A DNA stretch of 62,308 nt, filler included, from Sphacelaria rigidula (GCA_964200075.2; 10 parts of 10 records of this genome joined end to end with filler, not necessarily neighbours in it); one strand, 5' to 3'. Shown: positions 25,193 to 38,785, numbered from the whole stretch's first letter. Notes: generated by a model from the sequence alone, not told the origin. Numbers and translations: made by a program.

Positions 25193-27480
25193 AGCATGAC
25201 TCTCCCAGTGGGTGAGTATAGAGTGGAGTTTTGCTACTACAACAGAGTTAAAACTATTCATACCACATGTGGCGGAAACTCTGTATATCGAACCGTCGCT
25301 GCGTGATTTTCGCGGTATATTAAGGCCGGTCAGGATATTGTACGTGTGAATATTTAGTACTGTAATTCTTCGCAACCGTTTAAAACACATGACAGGATAT
25401 TTGCGTACGCTGACCTTGAGCAGATTGCGAGGGTGAAAAAGCAATGGATGTGACCTACACAGCGTAGAAATCAAGCGCAGAACGCGTCAATAAGTGTTGC
25501 GTTTATCTTGTGATCGTGAACACAGTATACCCGACGCCTTATGTGTATCGCGCCCCGTGCCATCGGGACTGTTGTGAGTTATCAATATGCACAGTGGCGC
25601 GCCAAGCCGAATGTGCACATCGCTCCGTCTCTGCAAGATATGGGGTACTCAGAGCAATACAAGTCAGTACAAAACAAGGAAACATGCTTGTGTAGTAGAG
25701 CAGTTGAGCTCCTGCTGGTGAGTGCTGGGTGATTATTCTAGTCGGCAAGTGGTACCAAAGAAGGCCAAGAGTGCGCCGGCCTGATGAGTCAGATCCAACT
25801 ACGTGCAAGAACACAAATATCCTGCTCTTCACTGCGGTACGCACAGTACCTGCCGTCATCTACAGGTTCTACGCGCCCAAACGTTCCTGTTGTGGCGCAC
25901 GATGCATTGGATATGTTCGTTCGGGGGAATTACATTGTAGCGTCGGTGTCGCTTGATCGCTGATTTTCTCTACGCCTGCTCATTTAGACAGGATGCCGCC
26001 AAGGATTTTGGTTTGGCCGTTGAGAAATTGAACTGACGTCAGCGGTTGAAACCTCAATACGATACTGCGACTGCTCGACATTCTTTTGCATGCGCAGCAG
26101 CTGCAGCACTGGGAGGATCGGTCTTGTGTGTCAAAACACGCCTTCCAGCTGCTGACAGGCGCTTCTTCCGCGGGATCGAACGAGCTTTAGACGATATTCC
26201 CTGCGCGGTTTCGGTATGGAGGCATAGCCCAGAGCAGGTGAACACCCTCCGGAGAACAGGTGGTAAAGGACGAATTGTGATCGTCCCAACGAACTGTACG
26301 CTACTACAACCGTACTCCGTGTTCACCACGTGACGATCTTCTGTTCGTTGGACTCTCTGCTGTGGTATTCTCCAGGGTCATGGGCGATACTTCTGCGGAC
26401 GAGGTGAGGCAATTTCGCCATGAATCGGACAGCTCAGTGGTGACTTCACTCGAAGAGGGACGGCGCGGCTCCAAGGTGAAAACACACCCGAGTGGTTGCA
26501 GCTACCGGGTATCTGGGGTCACTTGCTGTTGTGTAACGCAAGGATAATCCAATATGTGGTGCGAAGAAACTCAGCACCAGATCTGCTGAAGATGATGCAT
26601 TACACATGGGACACACTCCCCGGCTTGCAAGTTGTACGGATGTTATGTATATATATATATATTCCATGTATGTATGAAACATATATGTGTACAGATCACA
26701 AACATCCGATGCCTAAATCGTCCTGTGTTACAAGCGAGCCCCTGAGTAGGATTGTTCTGGCCGGTTGACCAAGTGCGTATGCACAGATAGGGAGGCGCCT
26801 ATAATAGGGAGAGTGGAGTACGACGTACGTGCGAGTCGAATATTGAGACGGTGACAGGATACACTGAATAGTAGACAATCTCTTCCGGCTGATGATCAGT
26901 TTGGGAAACCCATTCGATTCCTGTTCTTGCTTCCCCCCCTTCTGCTGTGCTATACTGCACGAGTGAGTATCGTTAGTACTGTTGGTCAACTTCGAACTCT
27001 TGCTGCACAGTGACCTCTTGTTTCAAGTCTTCTCCCCTACGCCCTTCCACTCACACACAAACCATCGGCCATGCGCCTCCTCTCGCTCTTGCGGCACATT
27101 CCAACGGAAACTGGCTCTTTTGCCGAAACAACGCCGACCGCATCTTCCCAACACACGCACTACTGATACTAGTTCTGTGATAGAGCGCGATGGCATACAC
27201 ATGCCACAAGGGCAGCACGTGATAGATGATTCGTGCAGAATTACAATGTCCTCCTCGATGTTTGTGATAATTAGTGGTGTCACCCGACGGTTTCCGACAC
27301 CATATCTCCCGGTACCCTCGTGTCTGCCCCCATGACCGCACCCAACAGAAACTTTCTCTTCCTCCCATACAGAACGCTCCGTGCAACCCTCAGCTACTCC
27401 TCTCCCCGGGCGGATCGGTCAACCCAGCTTTTTCACCTACATCCTCGAGCGTCTGTACCGCGGCGGGTACACCAAGCACT

Positions 27481-27546
27481 GCAGCAGCAGCAGCAGCGGC
27501 GGCGGCGGCAGCAGCAGCGGCAGCAGCGGCAGCAGCAGCAGCAGCA
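27481..27546. repeat. (GCA/GCG)n trinucleotide repeat
   Basis: Direct reading. Confidence 0.9.
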
Positions 27547-29732
27547 AATGCTAGGTGTGTGTGAAGGCTTTGCGCGACAAGGCAAAAGCGCGGCACTGCC
27601 CACCACTCGGTAGCTCTGGCTGACAAAGTTCTTTGATCGTCAAGCAAGAGATGTCCACGCAACTTCATGGATGATGGCGACGCTGCGAAGCGTCGGTGAA
27701 GACGATTTTCAATAGTATCCGAGGATAACGCAGGCGAAAACTCTCAGACGAAAATTCGACCAAAGTAGCAAAACTCCACCGTGTACCGTTGCCCATGACA
27801 AACAGTCCCTACACTTCAAAGGGACGTGGGTGAGGTCAGACGTCGACCGAGAAGTATTGATCAATCAGATTTCCTTATTTTCGTTCGATGGCCAGTCGAA
27901 ACACTGCGTTCCTCACCACCCCCACCATCCCCCTCCCTCCGTCTGAATGCTTCCTCACTGAATCGTTCAACCTCATCCCCGCGGGCATGCCTGTACACAA
28001 CGACGGCCGCTTGATGGGCGCGTAGCGGCGAAGTCCCAAAGCAAAATAGCTTCACCACGCTTGGTATCACGACAGCGATTGATGGTATATCTGGAAGCAA
28101 TAACAGCAGCAGCAACAACGACAGTGTAGCCGCGGGTGGAGCAGAGTTCGAACTACGTACCGGACAGGGTGCGCAGCTTGGGCCAGGGTTCGATGCCGGC
28201 CTGGAACAAAAAGGTGCGAGGAGCTGTCAAATGTCCTACGAAGCACCAAAAGCCACGTCGTAATAGTGATGTTCTGAAGCATTGCGTGGAAATTTTCACG
28301 GACGTCTGTCCGTCCTCCCTAGTCCCGGAAACCCCTCTGTAGGACCCCGCGCTTGTATCGCCTACACACATAATACTGCCGCATTTAACCCCGGTAGTGG
28401 GTACGACCCCGAACTTCGACCACGAGTTAAGGCAGCATCATTCGCTTTTAGCGCAAAGGGCTTCCCACCCTGACTCTCGGAGTCTGGCCCCCGCGTCTCC
28501 CGCCCGCTCCCCCTGCCAAGCCCACCTACTGTACTCCAACATGTCCCTCATGCACAACTTCGACTCGAATTCCCTGTTCAGAGGTTTGTGGAGTAAACAC
28601 GCCTATATCACAACGTTTTCTCCAGAGCGCTAGAACGATGTTCACGGACTTTCAAACCAAACGCGCTCCACATGCCCTCCTCTCCCCCTCCTCTAACATG
28701 GGTCAACTGCCCCCCGTCACCTTGCAAAACCAACGGGTGTCCCTACCTCCGAGGAGTCGATAGCGGGCGTCGCGCAGTTGGCGCGATTTTCAAGGGTTTG
28801 GTTTCAGAAGTTCGGCTTATGTAACACATTTTCGATCCGTCTCATTCCTCGGGACTCGAATGGGGACGAATCTGTGGGTCCGAGACATCAATACGTCTCT
28901 CCCCCGAATCTGTCGAGTGAAACGCTTCCCGGATCGAGTGGAAAGCGAAGGATGACGTAGTAATCTTCATCTTCGAAATCCAATGAAGACAGGGCCTGAG
29001 CGCAAATCAGGAGCCCCCCCCCCCTGCTCGCTCCACAAATCCAACCCCGCTCGACTTGCCGACTACCCCCAACCCTGCGGACATTAGGCTCCAGTACCTT
29101 GTGAGAGTCGGCAGCTGGTGGCCTGTTTCGGTCACTGACACCCCGTAAAACAGCAAGAGTCAAAGACTGAATTACGTGCACGACGCAATGGTCCATGTTT
29201 GAAAGGGGGCGTGGGACCTCCGTTGATGTGTTAATTACCCAGTAGAAAAGTGTATATTATACTCTCCATGTAAAATGTAAAAACCCCATGTATTCACTCC
29301 GCTCGCACACCGCACACTGAACACACACACTGAAAAGAAGTGGGGTAGTCATTCCTGGGGAAACGCTCATACAAACATGACCCGTCATAATCCCATCTCT
29401 TCGCCACGCAAGAAAGCATGTCCCCGTCAGATACCTACTGCAACCATGATATCGGGTATACCTCAAATAACAGAACTGTATCTCTTATTTGTATTTCCTC
29501 TGTACGTTATGATCCAATCTCAATATCAATATCTCTTGCATCCAGGCAGGTAAACTGTTACAATCCTTGAGCGTAATCATACTCGATTAAGATTGTCAAT
29601 ATGTCACCAAGCCACCGCCCCCAGCTCCGCCAGCATAAACTTGCCGTATACAAACAGGGGCTACTGCTGTATCTGAGAAACCACCGGCATGTGCCCCGGA
29701 TATTATCAAGAATACTAAGGGCGTTGTTCCAG

Positions 29733-29961
29733 ACATGGATGAGGCAGAGGATGACAGTCCACAGCGCTTGTTCATAGCCTGGATGCAAAGACGACAGAGA
29801 GAGTGCGTGACGATCATTAGCCTGGGCTGCGTGACGGGGTATTTCGTGGCCAACGTGCGGGGTGATGTCGTCGGTGGCGGGCTGTTCGGTGTAGCTGTCA
29901 CTTTTCTGCCGATCTCCGTGCATCTCTTGCTGATTTGGGACAACTGGCAGCGGTGGAACAG
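29733..29961 (+). CDS. Possible exon of a membrane protein
   Basis: ccag| and cag|gtgata. Two hydrophobic segments, CVTIISLGCVTGYFVA and GGLFGVAVTFLPISVHLLLIW. Confidence 0.4.
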
Positions 29962-30145
29962 GTGATACAAGGGCCAGTGCATATCCCCTATAATGTTTTG
30001 CGTGTTTCAAGACTCGTCAACGTATACAAGAAACGCATCGTTCTACTCAAAATAGAACAGTCAGGTTAGAGTGTATACGAAAACGATTGTATATCTGTAA
30101 ATGTCTTGTTTCTCGCGAATAACTGTCTGGGACTTCATCGTCCAG

Positions 30146-30356
30146 TGTAATGCGTGAGAGGACCGCGTGCTTAGAGGACTGCATCTGAATTTGAACACCC
30201 CTATGGTTAGGGTTGTGGTTAGTGTTAGTGTTGGGGCTCGGGTCAGGGGCGTGGTACTTGCAGGGACTGACCCGATTGGTTTTGGAAAACGTCGATCCTG
30301 AGGTATTTTGTACTACGGTGCGGTCCTCTAAGCACGCGGTCCTCTCACGCATTACA
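30146..30356. mobile_element. MITE with TIRs of about 38 bp (TGTAATGCGTGAGAGGACCGC...), 6-bp TSD GTCCAG and an internal telomere-like tract
   Basis: tgtaatgcgtgagaggaccgcgtgcttagaggac / gtcctctaagcacgcggtcctctcacgcattaca. gtccag at 30140-30145 and 30357-30362. Interior ggttagggttgtggttagtgttag. Confidence 0.9.
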
Positions 30357-30844
30357 GTCCAGGACCCCAGCACCTACGTTTCAACGGATTATCCCGCCCT
30401 GTGGTCAAACCTCGTGCGTGGGAAACCCCTAATCAGAGCTTCCTGCGAGCATAAAAATTCGGCCTTACCTGTTCCGTTGCCCTTGAGAAGCTCGGCGCAG
30501 ACACGTTCACCACCGACGAGTGTTATTCCCTGTACCCTGTCTGACTGTAAGGCATATATCACGGGCGCACTTCGAACATATACGGCACGTGTTCCTGCGT
30601 TTTGTTCGAACCTAGTTTCTTGTACGATAATGGCCAACATGTGCGTACTTCCATGTTCCGCCATCTCAACACATGAAGGAGCAGACATACCCTGGGTATT
30701 GTGCAAGTTTTTACGTCCGACATTGTTGGCGCGCATGTTACATCCGTTAATGGTGCCTGAGCCATGAGTATCTTCTGAGACAACTTGAAGGAGCTTTCTC
30801 AGCTTCGTCTGAAACAATAACGTAAAGCGTCGATTTTTTGTTTT

Positions 30845-31107
30845 CTGTCACACTCTGAATCCCTCTCCTTCCTCGGAACCAGTCCGTATCTCAAGGGATC
30901 ATCCCATCTCTCCCCCGGTACACGCCTTACATTTTGGTCTCGCGGATTGGGTCAGCACTCCCGCACCGCGTCAACTCACGCCAAACAAAATCAGTCGACT
31001 ACTTTGTTTCCTCACTTTCTCACGCTTTCCACGGTGGAAATCAGATATTGCGAAGAGAAACCCAACGCATCGGAAATCGAACCCTCGTTCTCTCCTTCCT
31101 CATGGCG
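30845..31107 (-). mobile_element. tRNA-derived SINE (head cut by contig end)
   Basis: Colinear with 48630-48940. B-box-like GGTTCGATTTC on the minus strand. Confidence 0.75.
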
Positions 31108-31750
31108 NNNNNNNNNNNNNNNNNNNNNNNNNNNNNNNNNNNNNNNNNNNNTTAATTAATTAANNNNNNNNNNNNNNNNNNNNNNNNNNNNNNNNNNNNN
31201 NNNNNNNATCAGGCGCTGTATGGCCATTTGTTTCGTGAGACTTTTAGCTGGTTTTGGGGGGGGCTATCGTTGAAAGTGTCCCTTGCGTGTATACGGCCGT
31301 TTTCATCCAAATGTCGTTATCTGCCCGGATTCACCGTTTTCCCGCGCATAGGCTGCGGCGGGTGTGAATGGTTGACATTACGTAATCGCACAAACACATG
31401 GTAGGATTACATTCATCCTTGAAAACTCAGCCAATGTCTTGTTGTCCGTGGCGCCTTAGCAACCATCCACATTTTTTGTTTCTTTGAGAAATTGCCTTGA
31501 AGAAGTATGTGAACAAGAAAATACCACTTATTTTAGGATTCCCGGTAGGATCGAACAAAGAACTCATCGCCGCCTACGTTCGTGATATCCTGCCCTACAA
31601 CAAGAGAAATTTGTTCGTTGTTACAGCCTTGTTGTGAGCTGCTGCTGAGTACGTCTGCTGTTTCGTGTGTTCAGCGCTTTAGCTTGGGTTTCTCCTGAAT
31701 TTGGCTCTGAAGGCGTTCGCGACCTGTACTATCTTACTTGCATACCTCAC

Positions 31751-32048
31751 CTGCAAATAGGTTACGTCCAAAATGAAAAACAAACCTGTTAAACATGGGA
31801 TGTTCCACCGTGCGATCCACTGTTCAAGCTGCTTCTGCTCACCTCTCGTGGGTCCTACATGGAGTGCAACGCCACCACGGACTGCATGGCCTATATCTTC
31901 GGCTTTTTCAGTCTCCAGGGCGTTTAGGAACGCAAGAGACTCACGAAACGCCTGGTGGCCCTTCGCCGTGTTCAGACATGCCATACAGCACAAAATCGGG
32001 GACGAGGAATTCTGCGCCTCGACAATAGTACACAAGTAGGACACGCGG
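31751..32048 (-). CDS. Probable internal exon of an unknown protein
   Basis: gcag| acceptor at 32049 and cag|gtgagg donor at 31750. Open frame RVSYLCTIVEAQ...WNIPCLTGLFFILDVTYLQ. Confidence 0.5.
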
Positions 32049-33189
32049 CTGCACAGCTATCGCGTGACATATCGTAGCATATACACTTTCTACTATAGCC
32101 CCCCCCCAAAAAAACATGGCTGGTTTGGGGAGGAAAACACTACGCTTCAGTCGGAATGAAAAGAGCCGAGCATAACGAGCAGCTGGTAATTCCCACGCTT
32201 GGTTTCGGCTTCGCCCATGTCGCCAATATGAGGAGCTTCATGCCGCCTGAAACCAAACATCTGGCGCTGTATGGCTGTTTTCTCCGTGCAGGCTTTGGCT
32301 GGTTTGTTTCTGGGTGCGGTTATCGTAGAAAGACTACATGCATACACACACTTGGGCAGACATCACCCAGTGGGGCACGTCTATAGGGTTCATACTGTGC
32401 AGTGTTTTCGCGGCGAGCACGCTGTGGGGTGCTTAATTCATACTGCGCGGAGAAATTCACAGAGTTTCGCACTCACATACGAACACTCGAACACTCACGC
32501 ACGGTGACAGGTCTCGGAAGGTTTGATTCATGGGATATGACAGAACCCTCAGTTGTGCACAGAATCCTATTCACCTGTAGGCAACCGGTCCCACGATGTA
32601 AGCCTGGCCGGCATCGGTAAACCTGCCGCTACTTGCAGCTAGTTGCCTCGGCGGTTTTCTACGAGCGGCGACGACGATGACAGCAGCAGGGACTCAGCGC
32701 TGCATGAACGCGACGTCTGCGAAGATATGTGTTTGGCACATGTACAGGGACGTGCAGGCCTTGCAATGGTGTGACATGCCTCTGTGACCAACAACCTTGG
32801 GCGTACCACAAATGAGCGGACATGCCCCTGTACATGCATCGTGTGAACTGCAGCCTAGGTAGCTGCTGAAAAGCTTCGACACTGTGCGATTGATAGCATC
32901 TTGAGACCATCCGAACGACTAGACACACGCTGCCGTTAAGCTCCTATTTGAGAATACTCTATCGTATTTTTTCCCCTTTGCAGGGAAAAATGGCCCTCCG
33001 GACTGCTCCGAAGGATGACATATCATCTCACGGCGGATCCTGAAAAATGGGGTTGATCTCGAAAATGAGGTTCAAGTGGCATATCGTTTTTGCGGGGATG
33101 ACGCAAAACAGTAATACAGACATAAACCATATTTCCCCCCAAATCTCTGCAACTGTGAATCATCACTTGTGGCTAAATGAACCGAACTA

Positions 33190-33800
33190 CTGCAGTGTAC
33201 GCGAGTATCGATGACGATACCATCGAAGAGAAGTAACGACAGAGAGGAACCTCCTCACCCGTGTCGTTTGTGTGCCTTCGCTGGATGATTGCCAATCGCT
33301 CGAGACACTGGCATCATGCATGTTATCAGCGTGCCGAGTTTCTCATGTACCGGTAGGTATCCCAAAATGACATCGAGCTGTGGAGAGAGTTCGTCTTTTG
33401 TTGTCTCTGGAGGTCATCAATGTGAAGATCGATTTCTCTCTGCCTCTAGTTTTGGACACGACGCGCCTTTGTGCGCTGAAAAACAGAGCAATGTTCCCGT
33501 CACCGCTACTACTATTCTCTGTCACACACGTCAGCAAGGAGGGTGCGCTGCGGCAAAAATGACAGATGGTCCAATTTGAACTCGGGGGGGTCTTATTCAT
33601 CGTTGATTTTATCCTGATATATCTGACCATCATGGCACCCGACCACACGAGCCTGACACAGGCCAGTTTTTGTGTGTGTGAGAGAGAGAGAGAGAGATCA
33701 ACCCCTTGTGGAGACCTTCTTGACATGCAGAGTGAAAAATGATACCTATGGTGATGACCTAACTGTTGCTAACGTGGTGCAGAGGGGCACGTCAGCTGCA
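33190..33800 (+). repeat. Repeat copy whose 3' part recurs inverted at about 37090-37348
   Basis: gagagatcaaccccttgtggagaccttcttgacatgcagagtgaaaaa and tccaatttgaact...ttcatcgttga match reverse complements near 37100-37330. Confidence 0.8.
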
Positions 33801-35735
33801 ATCTGGAGCTTTCGTTGCTCTACTCTTCTGACTCCCGTTTGCAGAGCGTCTACCGACAGCGGGTCACACATGGTAACAACATGTTGTTGTGTGCCTATAT
33901 TCGGAACAGCTGTGGAAACAAAACAGTTCGGTTTTTCAAAGTACGTCCACATCATTGAAATGACTCTTGTTGCCTGAGGAACTGCGGTTTTCCTGTCCCC
34001 CCGCTAGGTATGAAAATAGACGACATAATATTTGGGAGTGCATGTAACGGCCACGGGGGAACACAGAGTTCATCGTGTATGAAACTCCTCGGTTGTCTAC
34101 CTGCAAACAGTTTCATGCCCGTTCCTTTCTAATAAGAACGTTAAACTGTCGATTTGTGTTCCGTACTGTGCTGATTGGCGGATGCCGATGGCAACAAAGT
34201 TTGATAGTGCTGTTCGACAGTATCTTCGAACGTTTCAACGGACCCAAAGCGAACTCCTTCTTTCTTTGCAGTACGGTTGAGTCGTGCAATACACTATTCA
34301 CGCTGTGCATCGGACGTCGATTCTTCAGGACAGTGGACGCCCAATCATCCACTCGGCACATCACTGCGTTGGCAGTGATATCCCCCCACCACGTCACTGA
34401 CAGCACATTACTGACCTTACTGACAGCAACGTGACGCCCGAGATTTTGGTCTAGACACGAGCCTCGAGCTGAACAACAGTGAAAACATCCGTCGACGATC
34501 AAACAAACGTGGTTATACTCCGTCGCCCGCAGCTAACCAGGGATGGGCGGCATGTGAAACCACGGACACACTTCCTACTCCTCCTCAAAATTGCGCATCA
34601 GCAGTGTCGTGCGGTACTCCTGAGGGTTTTTGGTCATTCAACGGCTAGGGTCTTCAAACCTCATTTCATTGATGAACCTCATTTCATAGAATCCCCTGCT
34701 ATAGATCATGTACAGTAAATGTTTTGCGCAACACATGCGGTTTACTGCACTGTCCTACAATGCACGACAATCATGCTGTGTACACAGGCATTTTTCACCT
34801 GATTACCCAAACTCAATCATGCTTACCAACATCTGCGTAAAATAGTAAGCATCAAAAAATCATTTTACACACTATACTGGTGTGCCTTTGCTGTGTTACA
34901 TTCTCCGCCCCAACGCTTGTGGGCGAAATTGTGACAGCTGGTTCATACTCGACTTCAAAGCATATCTGCCTAGTGCGCAATCAACAACTTCAGGACAAAG
35001 GTTGATGAATGAATTCACCCGTGTACGGTACAATACTCGCGGTAGATTATTTTCAAATAAGGCAAGGTCCCGCATACAGACCAGTGCAGTAATATTAACA
35101 CAGTAACGAAACTTCAAATTCATTACTCCGCTTGCCAACGATGCGCTACGCTGTACAGTACAACCGATCAATTTGTTTTTCTCGAATAATTTCTCGGAGA
35201 ATTCCTGGTACTGCGTACAGTCAAATAAAGGATATATGTACCACATTACCATGGTTTCCTGCGCTACGTCAAGCATTCAGTAGTAAACGGTAAGTAGTGG
35301 CGATCGTTGGTGTCGCTGGGTCCGTACTTGATAACAGCGCTGTAGTTGTAGTGGCGTTCGTTGATCTTGTTCGGTTCGTTCGTGGCGGTGTTGTAGTATA
35401 GCTGCTCGCCTCATTCCGTGCTCCCACTCGATCGTGGTTGCTGCTGTAGTAATGGTGTAAAAGATTCCGAGCAGTGAAGGACACCTGACAGCACTGACAA
35501 ACAAGTGTTGCCGTTTCAAATGAAACGTGGAGAGTTAGAAAGTTCAAGTGACATAATGGTGTATGTGCTTCGAGAAGAGCGATGTTGCTGGTGATGCTCG
35601 AGTGTGCTCAAGATATGCTCCTGGATGCTGGCTTCTTGATAGTGGATGCTTCCCTCGGGCTTGCTGGTGTAGTCGCTTGGGGTCGTTGCTTCTTGATAAG
35701 CAGGTGATGACTTTCATTTGTTGTGCTGATTGCCC

Positions 35736-36960
35736 TTACTGATGATATTTTTTACCGCGCTTCCTGCGCTCAATCTTCCTGGGATGTTTAATCGCCCCGC
35801 TTTTCACGTAGGCAGATGAGGGAGCTGGCCCCTGCCGCAGTACTGAAGGGCCTCTTTTCTTGATGTCAAGCACTTCTTTGATGTACCCTTTCTCCTCTCG
35901 TGTCTTTGTAGCTTCGATGTCGGAGCTGCCTGGATGCGATATTTTGGGCTGCTGCTGCTGTTGCTGCTGCTTCTGCTGTTGGTGGTTCGGCTGCTGCTCA
36001 TGCTGTTGATGGCGGCTATGGGACTGCTCCTGGTGCTGATCACGGGCCTTCTGCCGTGAACTTGTTAGTCGCTTCCTTGTAGGCGATAGAATAACCTTCG
36101 TTTCTGTACCCCTGTTGTTATTTCTGCGCGTGCTGTTTTCTGCTGCTGTAGAATTGACCGGCCTGTTCTTTCCATGGGATTTCAAATTTCATTTATTATC
36201 CGTACTGATGCATGCAGTTGTAGGCTTGGTCGATGGAGATCTAGATCTACTGTAGCTTCTACTCTTGCTCATTTTCCCGGCTGAACAAGACACAGATTTG
36301 ACGTTTCGGGCGGCTGCTGTCCGAGGCGGTTCTACGATCTTGACGGTTCCTGTCTTGTTCGGCGGAAACACTACGGCTGATAATGCTGTTCCCATCCGCA
36401 AAGATTATCCGGATAATACACTAGTCGTGAGTGCTGACTCGATCCTTTTGTTCAAGGTTTTCGAATTTTAAGCAACCTGCATGCCAATGTAGTGTAATGC
36501 TCCACCGCAGTTGCTAATGGGATTTTTAAAATCTCCGAGGTCTACGTAGGAATCACCCCAAAAGACGGTTGACGCTCCTTTCGTTACTGCCTCTACAGAG
36601 GAGAAGAGATGTCTCCCCAGACCTGGAACAATTACGGCAGGAAGTTGAACAGAACGCTTGATTCCTTCAGAATCAGTAAGGATGGTGTTAATAACACCTC
36701 TTCCCGTACCCTGTAGGAGATGGCGTCCGGCAGTAAGAATGCTCAGGGATGGATCGAGCTTCACGTAATCAACCATCTCACGTTCGATATTCGGCAATAG
36801 CTGATTTTCCAAAACATGTCCGTTGGAGCCACTGTCAACAGCCATCTTGAAGGAAATGTCGTCGGCTGTACAATGATCGGCAGTGACATGCGAACCTGAA
36901 AGAAATTCCGGTGTTCAGAACCGTTTCGATTTTGTGCATGCAGATCACAAAACTCAAACC
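35736..36960 (-). mobile_element. Ty1/Copia remnant: protease followed by a low-complexity frame
   Basis: MAVDSGSNGH...ILTAGRHLLQGTGRG...AVIVPGLGRHLFSS is a Copia-type aspartic protease (DSG; VPGL-x-x-x-LFS). No integrase or RT motifs follow. Confidence 0.8.
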
Positions 36961-37599
36961 CTCTTGCTTCCGCAGGTCTTGCGACTGCGATGCAACTGAT
37001 TACCGTGACCCATGATCTCCTGACATCGGAATATTTATTACTTATGGAAAGGTACTCGTACTGTACCGAGCTGTTCACGTGACCAGCGTGCTGCACATTG
37101 CCTATGCGCCATGCTAGCAACAGCTAGGTCACCACAATAGGTATACTTTTTCACTCCGCATGTCAAAAAGGTCTCTACAAGTGTTTGATCTCTCATGCAC
37201 CCCCTCAACTGGCGTGTGGCAGGCCCTCCTGTTCTTCTGCTCGGGCCCCCCGTTGGGAGAGGTCGGCGAAGCTCAACGATGAACAACACCCCTCAAGTTC
37301 AAATTGGATCTATCTGTTATTGCCGCAGCACCGCCCTTCCTGGTATGTNNNNNNNNNNNNNNNNNNNNNNNNNNNNNNNNNNNNNNNNNNNNTTAATTAA
37401 TTAANNNNNNNNNNNNNNNNNNNNNNNNNNNNNNNNNNNNNNNNNNNNTAATCTGTGGAGATCGCCGTAGATTTTATTGCACACAGATTATTGTTCGGCG
37501 GCCACACTCGAAACCTTGGGGTCAAGCGAATCTGAAAAGGTGGGCTAGGCTCCTCTCTGTGGGGTGATGCAAAGTGTCCAAGACGTGTGTTGGAGATTT

Positions 37600-37700
37600 T
37601 CGCTGTTTGAGGGTCAAAAACGGGATCAAACGTCCCAAAAGTGAGCAATTCGTGGGCCAAAAATCTGTGTGCCATAACATCCGACCTGAGACTGAAAATT
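37600..37700. repeat. Dispersed repeat, reverse complement of about 49722-49829
   Basis: tcaaacgtcccaaaagtgagcaattcgtgggcc...tgccataacatccg matches contig 8's end. Confidence 0.75.
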
Positions 37701-38785
37701 TGCACACATGTACTTGAGAACATTACGAACCTTTAAAGGACATATTCATGTTCAGTTCTATTCGTGTCGCCGGTTATCGGGGGTCCCACGGGTGCTGGGA
37801 ATTTTTACGGATCACCGGCCCTTCTGGGACCCCCGATAACCGGCGAAATGAAGCAAAACTAGAAGAACCTGTCACGGAGAGTTTCGTCATGACCCAGAGT
37901 ACGCGTGTGAAATTTTTTAAAGTCAAGCATCAAAAGCCGGCATGAGGTTTTCCGGATGAGTGTGCCCGCTACAGCCTCCTGACCTGTTGATTTTGGTATG
38001 CTATGAAAGCGCCTTTTCCGGTTACGTTTGACGTGGGAATGTCCCCCTTTTATGGGTTTGTCGATTTTTTAGAACAGAACTTCGTGCAAATGCTCCTTAG
38101 ACTACCCCGGGACTAGCACATTTTCACTTTTTGCCCTGGGGCGTTCTGTACCGGCTTCCCGCCAGGACCCCCGGATGCCGGTAAAAAGTGGAGAAACGTT
38201 GTAATAGTCTTGAAAGAATATATTTTTCTGCTTGAGAGCACAAATATCTACCGAACTGCAGGGCTCGAGGGCCGTCTGAGCTTCTCCGCGACACACTTAC
38301 ACATATATACATATATAGATATATTTATATGTAAAGGAAGCTGTCAGGAGGTGTTTGGGTCATCAGAAACCCAACGATGCGGAAACCTCACCTTACCGAC
38401 GTAGCACTGTCGTGAATATATTTTGATCCCCCAGTAACCGTTTTCAAGTGTGTTCCTTCTGTTAGATTCCCGACCTGATGGTGGTTGCGGCAATGTAGAG
38501 CAACATATGGAGATAAAGTAATAAACGGGCTGGGAATTCGTACTTTTGTTTTCAGTACAGTTTCAAGGCCGCTGATTGGTTGAGGTACCTTTTCGCCCTT
38601 GGCGCCACCGCTATGGCCTTACAGTAGACATAAAAATACGGTTCTGCCACTATCTTCACTTGTCCAGGGCGGCCTGTATGATACCATGTATGCGACGATT
38701 CGGCAAGTGTTTTGGCAGGCGTCTACATGGTGAACTTGAGGTGATGGACGTGAACCGGCATGTACTGAATATCTCTTGTCCAGAG

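Noticed and set aside
25781..25815. CTGATGAG hammerhead core
   Set aside because: No downstream GAAA or stems.
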